A stretch of 64,000 nucleotides of DNA from Eledone cirrhosa (taxonomy: Eukaryota). Shown here in pieces: positions 12,804 through 25,709 of the stretch; position 1 is the stretch's first letter; every line of letters starts with the position of its first letter. The notes below the pieces were generated by a model that worked only from the letters and a program-made list of their open reading frames with translations, made no database searches and was not told the DNA's origin. Made by a program: the position numbers and the translations under genes. Location of the stretch: assembly GCA_964016885.1 (NCBI GenBank), contig OZ024746.1:98642001-98706000 (forward strand), read 5' to 3'.

Positions 12804-13441
12804 TCACTCACTCACTCACTCACTCACTCACTCACTCACTCACTCACTCACTCACTCACTCACTCACTCACTCACTCACTCACTCACTCACTCACTCACT
12901 CACTCACTCACTCACTCACTCACTCACTCACTCACTCACTCACTCACTCACTCACTCACTCACTCACTCACTCACTCACTCACTCACTCACTCACTCACT
13001 CACTCACTCACTCACTCACTCACTCACTCACTCACTCACTCACTCACTCACTCACTCACTCACTCACTCACTCACTCACTCACTCACTCACTCACTCACT
13101 CACTCACTCACTCACTCACTCACTCACTCACTCACTCACTCACTCACTCACTCACTCACTCACTCACTCACTCACTCACTCACTCACTCACTCACTCACT
13201 CACTCACTCACTCACTCACTCACTCACTCACTCACTCACTCACTCACTCACTCACTCACTCACTCACTCACTCACTCACTCACTCACTCACTCACTCACT
13301 CACTCACTCACTCACTCACTCACTCACTCACTCACTCACTCACTCACTCACTCACTCACTCACTCACTCACTCACTCACTCACTCACTCACTCACTCACT
13401 CACTCACTCACTCACTCACTCACTCACTCACTCACTCACTC
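12725..13441. repeat. (CA)n followed by about 160 perfect (CACT) units
   Basis: Read directly from the sequence. Confidence 0.98.
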
Positions 13442-13576
13442 GAGAGCTCAGCCGTCGGGTCCTGGCTCTTTATAATATGACCATACTCTACTACCCCAAG
13501 TATTGAGTACTCTGTTGAGTAATGGTCTAACCAGTTTCAAACTGAATCCATCCTGATATATATATATATATATATC

Positions 13577-13945
13577 CACTTTACAGTGTGGACTGGGTAC
13601 TTGGTGTCATGGCAAAAAGCACCCAGTCCACACTGTAAAGTTGTCATGTAGGTGTCACAGCTAAAAGCACCCAGTCTACACTGTAAAGTTGTCATGTAGG
13701 TGTCACAGCTAAAAGCACCCAGTCCACACTGTAAAGTTGTCATGTAGGTGTCACAGCTAAAAGCACCCAGTACTCACTGTAAATGGGGTTGGTGCTAGGA
13801 AGAGGATCCAGCTGTATAAACCAAGCCAAAATCGGTTCTGTACGAGCAAGACATGGTCACTTGACCTAGCATTGCTCACAACAGGATAACTCGATTAACC
13901 CATGCTAGCATGGAAAAATAGACGATAAACGGAGATGATGATGAT
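13577..13945 (+). mobile_element. RTE 3'UTR with about four 48-bp tandem units and a (GAT)n tail
   Basis: ACCCAGT recurs at 13621, 13669, 13717 and 13765; tail matches 53240-53410. Confidence 0.8.
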
Positions 13946-13948
13946 ATA

Positions 13949-14112
13949 TACCATATTTCCTAGCGCCGAAGACACTTCGTCCTCGAGGACGCACACTAAT
14001 TTTGACAACCAAAGATTAAAAAAAAGAAATAATAAACAACCTTCAGCCTCCAGGACGCATGGAAGATTTTTTAGACTTATTTTAGTTAAAAAATTATCTA
14101 TTAAATATGGTT
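13949..14112. mobile_element. Tc2/pogo-like MITE, degraded
   Basis: Starts TA-CCATATTTCCTAGCGCCGAAGAC; same family as 46150-46336 in the opposite orientation. Confidence 0.6.
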
Positions 14113-14661
14113 TGAAATTTATGCAGAAGCGGGAATCATAAACTGTATTACTGTATTAGCTGAGTTTCTTAACTTTTACTCTGCAGCACTTTATAATTTA
14201 CATTTTTAATATTTCACTCTATATTTCTATAACACATTGGTTAAGACATTGAATCACTGACCCAAATTTGACTTATTGCCGATAGCACTGCACTGTACAT
14301 ATGCCAGTGAATACTAGTCTGTCTGCTTTAGGTAACTTAGCTGGAGAAGAACCATTAATTGATTACAACATCCAGCTGCAAATGATTTTCTATTAAACAT
14401 TCATGAAAGTGTTAAATTTGCATAACTTTTCAATATCTGCTAAACCAAATACTGAAAAATTACTAAAGAAAATAATGAATGAATTGCTATGGTTTTCATG
14501 TAAATGATACAAGCACAAATTTGAGTTGAGATAGAAAAGAATGCAACAGGCCACTTGATGGAACTTGAGCCATGCATAGATATCTAGGTATATGCTTCAC
14601 CAGGTGATCACAGTACTGATTACATTACAAAACACCTGTCATTTTTTTTCAAATTACGCAC

Positions 14662-14695
<34 letters not shown>

Positions 14696-15509
14696 TACAC
14701 ACATATAAATATATACATTTTTTTCTTTTCTTCATGAAATACGTATAATGGAATTAGATAATAAAATGAAGATGTACGAATAAAGCCGTCTCTCTTATTT
14801 ATTATTTTATTTATACACACATTATTGTTTATACAAATGTTTGAATGCAACCAGAATTATTCACCAATAGTGGAGAAAAAGCTGATAATTCTCAGTTAAT
14901 TAACTCCACATAGGCACTTTATTATATTCACGCACGCACGCACGCGCGCGCGCGCGCACACGCACACGCACACACACACACAGTTTCTCTGGTTTCTCTG
15001 GTTAGCACAACAACAGGTTCTCAGTGAAGTAATCAGTAACATAGCTACCTGCAAGTAAATAGATCTGTTTTTCAAATCCCATCATGCCTTGTTGCTCTTT
15101 ATTATAGATTTTAATATATAGTGCACTCACAGCTTTAGTACTCAAATAAACTGATTTAGTAATGTGTGATTTTGTTGGTTTTAATATGTGAACTGACTGT
15201 ATCATTCTTGTTATATTTTGATTTAATTTTCTTTCTTTTTTTGCCAAGATCATAACACGCCTCTTGATTTCTTTGTGTGTGATACATAGTTTCAGTTTTA
15301 TATATGTAATGCTAGAATAATCTCAAAGGTTTTAGTCAGAAGACATTTTAGCAACTCCTAGTTATTAGTTATGAGTAACTTTTGACGTTAGTGCTCTTAC
15401 TGAAGTTTGTGTCATCCTGTCTAGTAACTCATGGTATGACCCAATCCTTAGATCTCCTCCTCTGCTGGAGTATACAGAAACCTTGGTAATGGTTTTTGTA
15501 CTAGTTACC

Positions 15510-16125
15510 ATCATTATCATCATCACTGTTTAACATCCATTTTTCCACGCTTGCAATGGTTTGACAGGTTGTCCACACCGGGAGGCAAGTCTGGCCAGAG
15601 TTGGCCATGTCACACCATGCTCCGGCAAGGGCTGTATGTAAATTTGGCCAGGTTTTTTACTGCTGGATGACCTTCCTAACACCCAGAATTCCCATATATC
15701 AATGAATGTAATGGCAATACTAGTCACATAAATAAGTACCAAAATTAAAATAAGACTGCCTCTCTTTTTATGAAACGAAGGCATCCGTTTTAAAAAGTTA
15801 CAAGAATATTTTATGTTACAAATATCATATTAATAATAATTTTAGTAAATCTTTTCCAAATTCTTCATTAATTAATTTAAATATAAAGTATTTCATTAAA
15901 AATACAATAAAAGGGCTACATTACATTATCACTGGCACAGTTTAAAAGCACCCAGTCCACACTGTAAAGTGGTTGGTGTTAGGAAGGGCATCCAGCCATA
16001 GAAACCAAGCCAATACCAGTTCTGTATGAGCGAGACATGGTCATCAGACCTAGCTTGTCTCACAACGGAACAACTTGTCTAACCCATGCTAGCGTGAAAA
16101 AATAGATTAATCGGTGATGATGATG
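15510..16125. mobile_element. Two RTE-tail fragments (15510-15685 minus; 15940-16125 plus)
   Basis: GTTAGGAAGGGCATCCAG motif and (GAT)n tails. Confidence 0.7.
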
Positions 16126-16289
16126 ATTTATATAGTTTAATGTGATTAAACTGCGAGCAGGGAAAAGCGGACGTAAAATGATGATGATAATGATGATTAA
16201 AGGGGGAAAAAAATGTATTCAAGGTAAAAATATTTAAGAATTACATAAAAACTGCTAATTTTAATACAATTTGTTACATGAGATACATC

Positions 16290-16700
16290 AACCCTTTAGT
16301 TACCAACCCAGCCAAAACCAGCTTTGGTTCTATGAAATAAAACCACCTAATTTAAAGGTTTCCAATTTAAATTAAAATCTTGCAACGTAATTTTTTTCTA
16401 AGACATTACGTTAGTATCTCAGTAATGAATTAATTAATAATTTTAATAAACCCCTCAAATTCTGCATTAACCCTTTATTTACTGACCCCACCAAAACTGG
16501 CTCTGGTTCTATAAAATAAAACCACCCATTTTAAAGGCTTCCAATTTACATTTTCCAACATAATTTTATATAAGGACCTTACATTGTTATTATCTTAGTA
16601 ATGAAAATATTAATTATTTTAGTAAATAAATCCCTCTAATTTTTTCATTAATTAATTAAAATAGTGTATTTCATTAGAAATGCCATCATGAAGGGGTTAA
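16290..16700. mobile_element. Two piggyBac-type MITE B copies
   Basis: CCCTTTAGTTACC start, second start TTAACCCTTT at ~16467, end CATGAAGGGG-TTAA at 16700. Confidence 0.75.
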
Positions 16701-16776
16701 TAGATTATAATTGCATTTTATCTGTGACTTTTTTATACAAAAGCCATGCTTATCTATTTAGTTTAAATGCTAAAGG

Positions 16777-16960
16777 TTAACCCTTTAACATTCACTTTAC
16801 TCTGTATTTACTATTGTATTTTCATGGTAAAGGCTTTATCTCCCATAATTATTTCACATTTTGTTTTGAGAACAATATCTTAACATCAGTATGAGGGACC
16901 AGTTATGACCGGTTTTAACAGAAAGAGGTGAGAGAATTCTGGCCGGATATGGCTGGTTTA
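16777..16960. mobile_element. piggyBac-type MITE A
   Basis: TTAA-CCCTTTAACATT plus body. Confidence 0.75.
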
Positions 16961-17459
16961 GATAAATATAATTGAAGATCATTGTCTCTATGATTTTGTC
17001 TAATTACTACTTGATTCTCAAAAATGTTATTGATATAGGTTTATATATAGTAATTATTACCTTCCTAGTGTTTAGTGATGTCCATGATAAATACATCCAG
17101 TATACTTTGTAGTTGGTGATAGGAAGGGCATTGTCATAGAAAATCTGGAAGACCCTTCAGCTGTGTTAAAGACATGTAGTGCTGGTGTTACAATAAAGTG
17201 CATTTGGTAGAGCACAGGACTGCATGTAAGCAAGATGCTGGCTCCCAGTTCGTTTGTGAGGCCAGCAGCCTCACATGAGTAGGGATTTGGTTTGTGAAAA
17301 CCTGTTCAACCCTTGCTAGCAGGGAAAACAGATGTTATATAATGATAATGACTGAAACACCAGAAAATACTAAAATAAAATAGCAACCATGAAAACAAGG
17401 CTATAGATATACATGACTATGGAAGCTGATAAACATCAACACATTCAGATGAACCAGTG

Positions 17460-18595
17460 TAATTGGATAATAATTGTTTCTACTATTGGCACAAGGCCAG
17501 CAATTAGCCAGTACATTACTGGTACTTTATTTTATTGACCCTGTAGGGATGAAAGGCAAAGTTAACCTCGGCGGGATTTGAACTCAGAATGGCAAGGGCC
17601 GTAACTCTATGCATCAAAGCATGGCGTCCGACCCTCTACCGATACTGCCAATTCACCTGCTTTGTGGCATATAGTTAGGGCCCTTTATGTTCTGAGTGCA
17701 AATACTGCAGAGATTTGCTTTGCCTTTCATCCTTACAGGGGTCGATAAAATAAAGTACCAGTAATACACGGGGGAAATTGCTGGCCTCGTGCTTAAAGTA
17801 GAAACCATTATTACCCAATTTCCCCCGTGTATTACTGGTACTTGTAAGTACCAGTAAGGATGAAAGGCAAAGCAAATCTCTACAGTATTTGCACTCAGAA
17901 CATAAAGGGCCATAACTCTATGCCACAAAGCAGGGTGTCCGATGCTTCACTGATTCTGCCAATACACTACCCTGTAATTGGGTAATAATTGTTTCTATTT
18001 TTGGCACAAGGCCAGCAAAAATTACACCAGTGCATTACTGGTACTTTAATTTATCAACCCTGTAAGGATGGAAGGCAAAGCTAACCTTGGCGGGATTTGA
18101 ACGTAAAGGGCCATAGCACTATGCCATAATGTATATTGTCCAACGCTCTACTGATAATGATTTCTACTATAGGCACAAGACCAGAAATTTGGGGCAAGGG
18201 ATAGTCGAGTAAATCGACCCCAGTGCATTACTGGTACTTTATTTTATTGACCCCGTAAGGATGAAAAGCAAAGCTAACCTCGGCAGGATTTGAACACAGA
18301 TCGTAAAGGGTCGTAACTCTATGCTGCAAGAGCATGGTGTCCGTTGCCCTACCGATACTACCAATCCACCGCCCTTCTGCTGATAATAATGGTTTTTTAT
18401 ATAGGCAGAAGGCCAGCAATTTTGGGGGAGGGGAAAGTCGATTAAATTAACCCCAGTACATTACTGGTACTTTATTTTATCGACCCTGTAAGGATGAAAG
18501 GCAAAGTTAATCTCGGCGGGATTTGAACTCAGATCGTAAAGAGCCGTAACTCTATGCTGCAAAGCATGGCATCCGACGCCCTCTACTGATAATAA
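17460..18595. mobile_element. Cluster of six SINE A copies (five minus, one plus)
   Basis: Consecutive family bodies at ~17470, 17656 (plus), 17816, 17985, 18156 and 18385. Confidence 0.85.
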
Positions 18596-19105
18596 TAATA
18601 ATATTATATTGCCCCTGCATGACTGCAGCCCATGGTCTGGAACAGATAAGAGTAAAGTCTACCAACAGTTATATTTTAAAATAGTATTTAAAATTTCATT
18701 TTTTCTTTTTTTTTTTTTTTTTCGTCTTATGTATTTTATTTCAAAAATTGTATATTTTTATTCTAATTATGTTCCAAGTAAATAATTAAATGGGGAAGGT
18801 GGTGAGAGAAACTAGGTTGTCTGAAATATCTGTGAAATATTTTTTGAAGCACTGATTAATTTAAAAAAAAAAAAAAGTCATACTAGGATTCCAATTTGAG
18901 AATTTCCTTCCTGAAATTCTTTTCATGTAGAAATTTATTTTTGCAATTTTCTACATTCCACAAATATTTCATGTATGTTTATTCTATTCCATTCTTAAGA
19001 AAAACCTAAAATTTTGTTTTATATTTCTTTCATTCCATCTGAACTTTTATAATTTGTCTCTTATATTTGGCAATTATATCCAAATTAACAATTGTATAAA
19101 TAACA

Positions 19106-19471
19106 TTAGAAATGAGGAAGGGGAAAGAAAGGAGGATCTGGCTGGGTGGGAAAGTAGAGGAAAGGACTATAAAGGCCATAAATGAGAGGAAAAGGAGGGG
19201 AAATCAAGGACTCTGGGGCCACAAAAGAAAAGGAGGGGGAACGAGACGGGGTGATGTGCTCTGGCCCTGGTACAGCAGTGTTGGGGTTGTGCCCTGCGGT
19301 CAAAATTGTAAAAGTATTTTCATGGATAATGACCAGCGACACTCGCTGCAACAGCCACTCCACCTCGTGGGGGTCCTTCCTCAGACAGGCTGCTGACATT
19401 CTGATCTTGCAGAGGAGTTTGGCAGTACAGGGTCCAAGGATGGCGAAGAGGAAGCAGCTGGACAATCCCAA
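19106..19471 (-). mobile_element. CRE-like (RLE-type) LINE 3' end
   Basis: Minus ORF LGPCTAKLL...DPHEVEWLLQRVSLVIIHENTFTIL resembles the QRxSxAxxRGN C-terminal motif of CRE/R2-type elements; relatives at 30660, 34690, 35150 and 42950. Confidence 0.6.
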
Positions 19472-20519
19472 GTAATTGTCTTCCTTTCCTCTGCATTAAA
19501 TTGGCAGTTATTAGAGCAATGAATTAAATGCCTTGCTGTTTGTTATGGCTGTCTGCCTTCTCAGTTCAAATCCCACTGAGGTCAGTTTTGCCTCTGATCC
19601 TTTCAGGGTTGATAAAATACCAGTCTAATGATGGTGGATTGGCAGGATTGTAGAAGAATCGGACAGTATTCTTTGCAGCTCTGATCTGGCTCTGTATATT
19701 CTGAGTTCAAATCCTGTCTCCTTCTATCAAGAGTTATAACCAGCAGAATAGTTTCAGCAATGTAAAGGCTAATGGAAACATATATACTCAAATATAAACC
19801 GATCTGACTATAAACCAACACCACTATTTTATGTCTGAGAAATAGGCAAAAATTGAAACCCTGTTTATAAGCCAAGGCAAGTTATCAACACATGTTTAGA
19901 TGGTGTGATTTTGAAATTCTCATGAGAGGAAGATGTATTTATGAAGTTTTCATATTTTGATACTTAAAATGTTTTAAATGTCATTTAGAGTATAGTTTTT
20001 GTTTCACAACTCCATTACGTAATGATATTTTGCCAATTTCTAACTGTTTTGAAGGCCATACTCATTCAAAACACATAAAAAACAATAGGAAATACAAAGT
20101 TCCCATCCAAAGTGAAACTGATGTAATAATTACCTCCAAAGTGAAAATATTTTAGCACCTCATTTACGTAAAATTTTGAAGTTGGTGAAAATTGGCAAAA
20201 TTTTGACCTCGATGTTAAGGCAATCTTCCATTTTACCATTGATTTTTGTTGTTGTTGTTGTTGTTGTTTGTCATATTTCTCAGCTTATATACAAGTATAT
20301 ACTGTAGTTTACTCGACCCAAATCTGACAATTGGTTCCTTTCCTTTTTCTTCTATTTTTAAAAACTTTTATAATACAATATAATGCATAGCAAGGATATT
20401 TGTTTTTATTTTTCTTATAAATATTTATGGAGAAATATCCATTACTCAGTATTAAATTACAATCATCATCATCATCATCACTATCATAACTACTGCCACC
20501 GTCACATAATATTAATAAT

Positions 20520-20975
20520 GATGATAATAATAATATTGTCTTTATTGACCACAAAGGGTTTACATAAAAATACATTAAGGACGGCACAGGATGGTACAAT
20601 GTGGGTTTCTGCATGTAAAAATTAGTATAAAACAAAAACAAAGGATGTAACAAAAAAGACATAGAAACAAAAAAAAATTCCCTAATATGTGGGGGGGGGG
20701 GATAGGAGACTTCCGAGAGTTATTCGTGGAGAAATCCCACAAAAGCTAGTCACCCTGACCATCAGGGCCCTCTTCCAGGTGCCCTCCCTCAATCTACAGA
20801 CACACTCAGAGCAGGCCCATTCACTTGGGCCATTCTCACCTGTCTCACCCACCTTTCAACAAATTGCTTTGAAGGCGGCACTTCCCTCTCCACCCTGATT
20901 TTCCTCTTCAAGTGAAAATCTGAAGAAGTTAATCAGGAGATCGCCGAAAAGGGAAAGTGCCCGTCTCCAACCCTC
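20520..20975 (-). mobile_element. L1/Tx1-like LINE 3' end
   Basis: Minus strand gives LINFFRF / HLKRKIRVERE...KQFVERWV, then a UTR with AATAAA and an (ATT)n tail at ~20520-20550. Confidence 0.6.
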
Positions 20976-21140
20976 TGATTTTCTAATTGTTTGTTTTTTT
21001 GTTTAATATTGTTGTATTAAATGTTATTATAGGTAAAGTCTTATTTACATCTTAGTAAAAACAATTTAATAGCAAAAGAAAGAAAACATTTTTTTTATTT
21101 AGATTGAGAAGAAAAAATGTAAATGTAAAATAAGAAAATA

Positions 21141-21369
21141 TTAACTCTTTAGCATTTAAACCAGCCATATCCGGCCAGAATTTTCTCACCTCTTTCTGTT
21201 CAAACTGGCTGTATCTGGCTTCTCATACTGATGTTAAGGTATTGTACTCAAAATAAATAACATCAAAATCTCATAGATTCGATATTATGAGAGATCAGTA
21301 TGTGAGGTAAAGCTTTTACTGTGAAAATACAATAGTAAATATAGAGTAATGTAAATGCTAAAGGGTTAA
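21141..21369. mobile_element. piggyBac-type MITE A, full length
   Basis: TTAA on both sides; TIR C(C/T)CTTT(T)AGCATTTA / TAAATGCTAAAGGG. Confidence 0.85.
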
Positions 21370-22535
21370 AAAAAAACCCAGAAAAGGGTTCTAGTGTCAC
21401 AGAAGAATGGGGAGGTTGAAGGGTGTTTGAGCTCTGGGCCTAGAGTGTGGCAGTAATTGAAGGTAAGATACTGTGGCTGTTAAAGTTGAGTTTTCCTAAT
21501 ATTGATCAACTCAATTGAAAAGTTAAATAGAATCATTAAAACCTGCATGTTTAGATCTAGTGAAACCTCTTTTATTATAAACCCCATGTTTCACCCCTCA
21601 TTACTGGTATTGTGAATTACTAACGTTACTAGTGTAGAGTATCCAAGCAGGCAGAAAATAGGTTATGATTGTTGACTTCATCAGTGATTCCCAGAATACA
21701 AGGGGAGAAAAGGGAGACCAATCTAGTGTTTTCAACTATTGTCTAGTAAAACTAACATCTAAAAGATATCAGTCATGAATAAAGATCTGTCTACAAAACA
21801 CAGATTTTAGTGTTGTCTCTTCTTGGTCCATATAGCACGACAGCAAGCTATACTAGTATTGTATGTAAGAAGGTTCAGACGTTACATTAAGCATTTTGTT
21901 AGGATTCTATCAGATTTAATCTAAAGGCAATGCTCTAGCATGGCTTTGACTGTGACTCCATAATGGAATTTCAGTGGGCAAAAGAAATACTTGGTGGTGA
22001 CCAGAGCTTCCAAGAGAAATTTTGCAAGGTTGTACAAGACCCCTTTGGGGCCCAAAGCAGATAAAGATTTTTCTCAAAATGTATGTTACATGGTTGCTGT
22101 GGTGTCTTCTTACACACCATAGGTATATTCAGACATTTGTAGCATTATCTACCATTTTATATTACCCCTATAACCATATAAGTACTTCTACTGTCAGGCT
22201 AAAGTTAGTGAGGGTCTGGATGTTTGGAGAAGAGATGGGTACCACCAAGGCCTATAAGAGGGGTGTCCAGCCGGTACTTTGTTCCAGGGCCCAAGAGCTA
22301 AGAAGTCCCCACTATAAGCTTTCACCTGGTATTATACTTAGTTTCCTCATAACAAGAGATTAACCCTTTAGCATTTAAAGCAGCAATTCATAAAAAAACA
22401 TTCAGCATGTTAAAGATTAAACTGTTAACATATAAGGGATATTGTTAATTACTCCATGAAGAAGAGGTAGAAGCATAATAACTGGGGAAGTATCACCAAA
22501 TCTCTTTATTAAATGCTGTTATTTCTCTATTTTAG

Positions 22536-22565
22536 ATATCCCTGTCCCAAATATATACAGAAATG
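22536..22565 (+). CDS. Candidate 30-nt microexon of an unidentified gene
   Basis: ATTTCTCTATTTTAG acceptor and ATG|GTGAGT donor; open in all three frames (YPCPKYIQK in the chain frame); non-repetitive sequence. Confidence 0.5.
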
Positions 22566-22962
22566 GTGAGTCGTATGAATGTGTTTACCATTTTTCTATA
22601 CTGATATGAAAAGAAAAAATATTCCTCTGAATAAATCATATTTTATTTTCTAGATGCGGATATATCCTATATTTTTGCTCTCAATTTAGATTTTAATTCC
22701 TTCATATACTAACTTTTACTAATATGCATTATTTGTTCATAATATATTTTAACTCCAGCATGAAGCTACAGTTGTAATGGCGAGTATTGGGGAAAGAAAT
22801 ATTGGGCATATATTGATATGTGCCTTTCTCAGTTGAAAAGTTTCTAAATGAAAATAGGTAGCAACATGTGCATACACTGTATTTGACTAAATAGAATTAG
22901 TCTGTTAGTTGGGGTTTTAAAATAACCCTTTGAATGAAAAAAAAAAAGGACAAGTACTGATG

Positions 22963-23030
22963 TACATGGGATACGAACCCACATCTTTCGTCTGCCGGAC
23001 CAATGTGCTACCATTACTACACCAACACGC
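22963..23030 (-). pseudogene. tRNA-like sequence (SINE head or tRNA pseudogene)
   Basis: Minus strand TGGTGTAGTAATGGTAGCAC...GGGTTCGTATCCC has A/B-box-like motifs but no convincing acceptor or anticodon stem. Confidence 0.45.
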
Positions 23031-23113
23031 CACCCACACCCCCTTCCATTCAATTAGAAGCTATAATTATAGCATGTATATATATATATATATATATATA
23101 TACATACATACAT

Positions 23114-23442
23114 GGAGGCACATGGCTTAGTGGTTAGAGCATTGGCCTTGCAATCGAAAGGTTGAGTTCAATTCTCAGACCGGGTGATGTGTTGTTTCCT
23201 TGAGCAAGACACTTTATTTCACATTGCTCCAGTTTACTCAGCTGTAGAAATGAGATGATAGGGAGTGGGGTCCCCATCATTCCACTGCAAAGTGGTCGTG
23301 TAGGCGCCACGGAAAAAAAGCACCCAGCACTCACTGTAAATGAGGTTGGTGTTAGGAAGGTCATCCAGCTGTAGAAATCAAGCCAGAATCGGTTCCCATC
23401 CCACCCTTGCAAGCAGGGAAAAGCGGACGTAAAATGATGATG
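23114..23442 (+). mobile_element. Composite SINE B, full length
   Basis: TGGCTTAGTGG A box, GAGTTCAATTC B box, CCTTGAGCAAGACACTT CORE-like motif, RTE-type tail ending GGACGTAAAATGATGATG. Confidence 0.85.
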
Positions 23443-23451
23443 AAATATATA

Positions 23452-24343
23452 CAGGGTGCGGACGATATTTGTTCGCAATTTTCAACTGCTAATTTTATGC
23501 AATTTTTTTTTACTTCCATTGTCACTCTTGTCTTCATAAAAACAGTGACTATATTTCAATTATTTATTTTCAGAATAATTGATTATGAATAATTTTGAAC
23601 CTCCAAATTTGTGGAAGAGACACAGAGTTTTTCTTGGAATCCGCCCTGGGAGGACAAATAAGACCAGAAGATCAACTCCCAGAACAACAGGTGGCTCCCT
23701 GTCTCATCCAAAGACATGCCCAGAGTCATGCAGACAAAGTTTCCAGCGACAACATTGGTCTTAGGTGTCGTCAGCAGTCAAGGTGACGTCACGCCACCTC
23801 ACTTCTTCCCTGAGGGCTTCAAGCTGAACACCGATGGCTACATCCGCATTCTGAGCAAGGTAGTAAAGCCCTGGATCGACCAGGTAGCTGCAGGTAAGCC
23901 GTACATGTGGCAGCAAGACTCAGCGCCCTGCCATACCAGCCGAAAGACCCAAGCCTGGCTGTCAGAGAACTTCGTCGACCACACTTCACCTGACATCTGG
24001 CCTCCCAGCTCACCTGACTGCAACCCCCTCGACTTCTTTGTGTGGGGCGCAGTGGAACAAGACACCAACAGATCTAGCTGCAATACGAAAGACGATCTAA
24101 AGGCCAGGATCACAAGTGCCTTCAGGGGCCTAAGTCGGGGGACAGTGACGAAGGCCTATAGCCGATTCCGAGGCCGCCTTGAGGCCGTCATCAAAGCCAA
24201 TGGCAGGTTTATCGAGTGAGATTGAAAGAGCAAGTCATGAAGACAAACTGACCCAAATTTGATAAATAAATCTTAAAAAATAAAACTACTGTGTTATTTT
24301 TTCCTAGACAGTAATCTTGCGAACAAATATCGTCCACACCCTG
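23452..24343 (+). mobile_element. Internally deleted Tc1/mariner transposon, DD37D (maT) family
   Basis: 27-bp TIRs CAGGGTG(C/T)GGACGATATTTGTTCGCAA with 1 mismatch, TA on both sides, 892 bp. Confidence 0.92.
23716..24219 (+). pseudogene. C-terminal half of a DD37D transposase
   Basis: WQQDSAPCH ... WPPSSPDCNPLDFFVWG with 37 residues between the last two catalytic Asp; N-terminal DNA-binding region absent. Confidence 0.88.
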
Positions 24344-24907
24344 TATATATAAATGAATTAAGAGCAACTAAAATACTCAATAAAATTTCAAATAACGGTT
24401 GAGAGTACTATGAATGTGTGTGTTGTATAACAATATATGGTATAATTATTTAAAAGCATTCTGAAGGCCTTTCACTATGAATTTTAAGATAGTCACTACC
24501 TTAAAATTCATCAAAGGCAACAGGAAGTAATTGAGGAAGCCACCGTTTCTCACTCATAGTGATTACCAAGACTACATATCCTGCTGCCTTTACTGAAAGC
24601 TACCGAAGCTGGACTCTTATAGAATTCCAATTATGTTTATGAGCTGTTGAAACTCATTTGCATACAGAGTATTTGCCAGCTGAGCATCAATTAGAGATTT
24701 ATATTGCTGCTCTGAAATAGCGATATACATATGAATGTACATATTGTATATTTAACAATATACGGTATGGTTATTTAGCTCTGTTTAACCAATATCTGGG
24801 ATGTCTGCCTTGGTAGTGATAAGATGAAAGATGGGTGTATTGGGAAGACTTAGGTAGAGGAACTATGTAACTAGTTAGCTGAAAGGGACAGAGGCAGCCA
24901 CAGTCTA

Positions 24908-25132
24908 TTAATCCTTTAGCATTTAAACTGGCCATATCCAGCTAGAATTCTCTCACCTCTATCTGTTCAAAGCAGCTGTAACCAACCACTCATACTGATG
25001 TTAAGGTATTGTTCTAAAAATATATATCAAAATCTCATAGATTCGATATTATGTGAGATAATTATGTGAGGAAAGCCTTAGCCAAGAAAATACGATAGTA
25101 CACATAGAGTAATGTAAATGCTAAAGGGTTAA
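24908..25132. mobile_element. piggyBac-type MITE A, full length
   Basis: TTAA termini and TIRs. Confidence 0.85.
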
Positions 25133-25224
25133 TATTTTGCAGTTTGTAAAATCTGTAGTCATTTTCTTTCTGCCCACTCGCATTGCCAAGACAGAAGAAA
25201 AGGAGAGGTATATCTTTCTGGAAG

Positions 25225-25480
25225 ACAAATATGGACATGTGGTTAGAATGTCTCAGGAGAGAATCGCTGGGCAGATTTTATGGGCAAAACCAACCAGCGG
25301 GAGACCCTGGGGTAGACCCCGAGCAAGATGGTTGGATAACATCCATGAGCTTAACTGGTCTCACTTGGGGATCCAGCCGGATAAGTTGGAGACGGTTGTT
25401 TCTGACTGGACCCGCTGGAAGGAGTGTTTGAGGGCTCTGTCCCCACACAGCCCTCCCAGGAATAAGTGGGCAAAGAAGAC
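25225..25480 (+). mobile_element. RTE LINE family 2, 3' end
   Basis: YGHVVRMSQERI...RPWGRPRARWLD...WKECL with a GAA-type tail. Confidence 0.8.
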
Positions 25481-25709
25481 AAATATTAAGTAACAGAAAT
25501 CTACCACTAGTGACAGTTAAGATCTACAAAACAAATATGGTGTGTGTCACACAAGAGTAGAGATTGAAAATAGTGACAGTAAAGAGTTATGGAAATGAAT
25601 GCAGTATAGACTAGCAAATCTTCCCTACCAATAATTCTCTGTGATATAATCAGTAATGCAAGGATTAGCTACATTATCAAGGAGTAGGAGTTCTTGTTAT
25701 GAAAAAGTA

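Noticed and set aside
12650-13480. 276-aa and 251-aa ORFs (THSL repeats)
   Set aside because: Translations of (CA)n/(CACT)n microsatellite.
23114-23185. Functional tRNA genes at SINE heads (also 5661, 35578, 48936)
   Set aside because: A/B boxes are present but the cloverleaf stems are broken and each head continues into a repeated SINE body.
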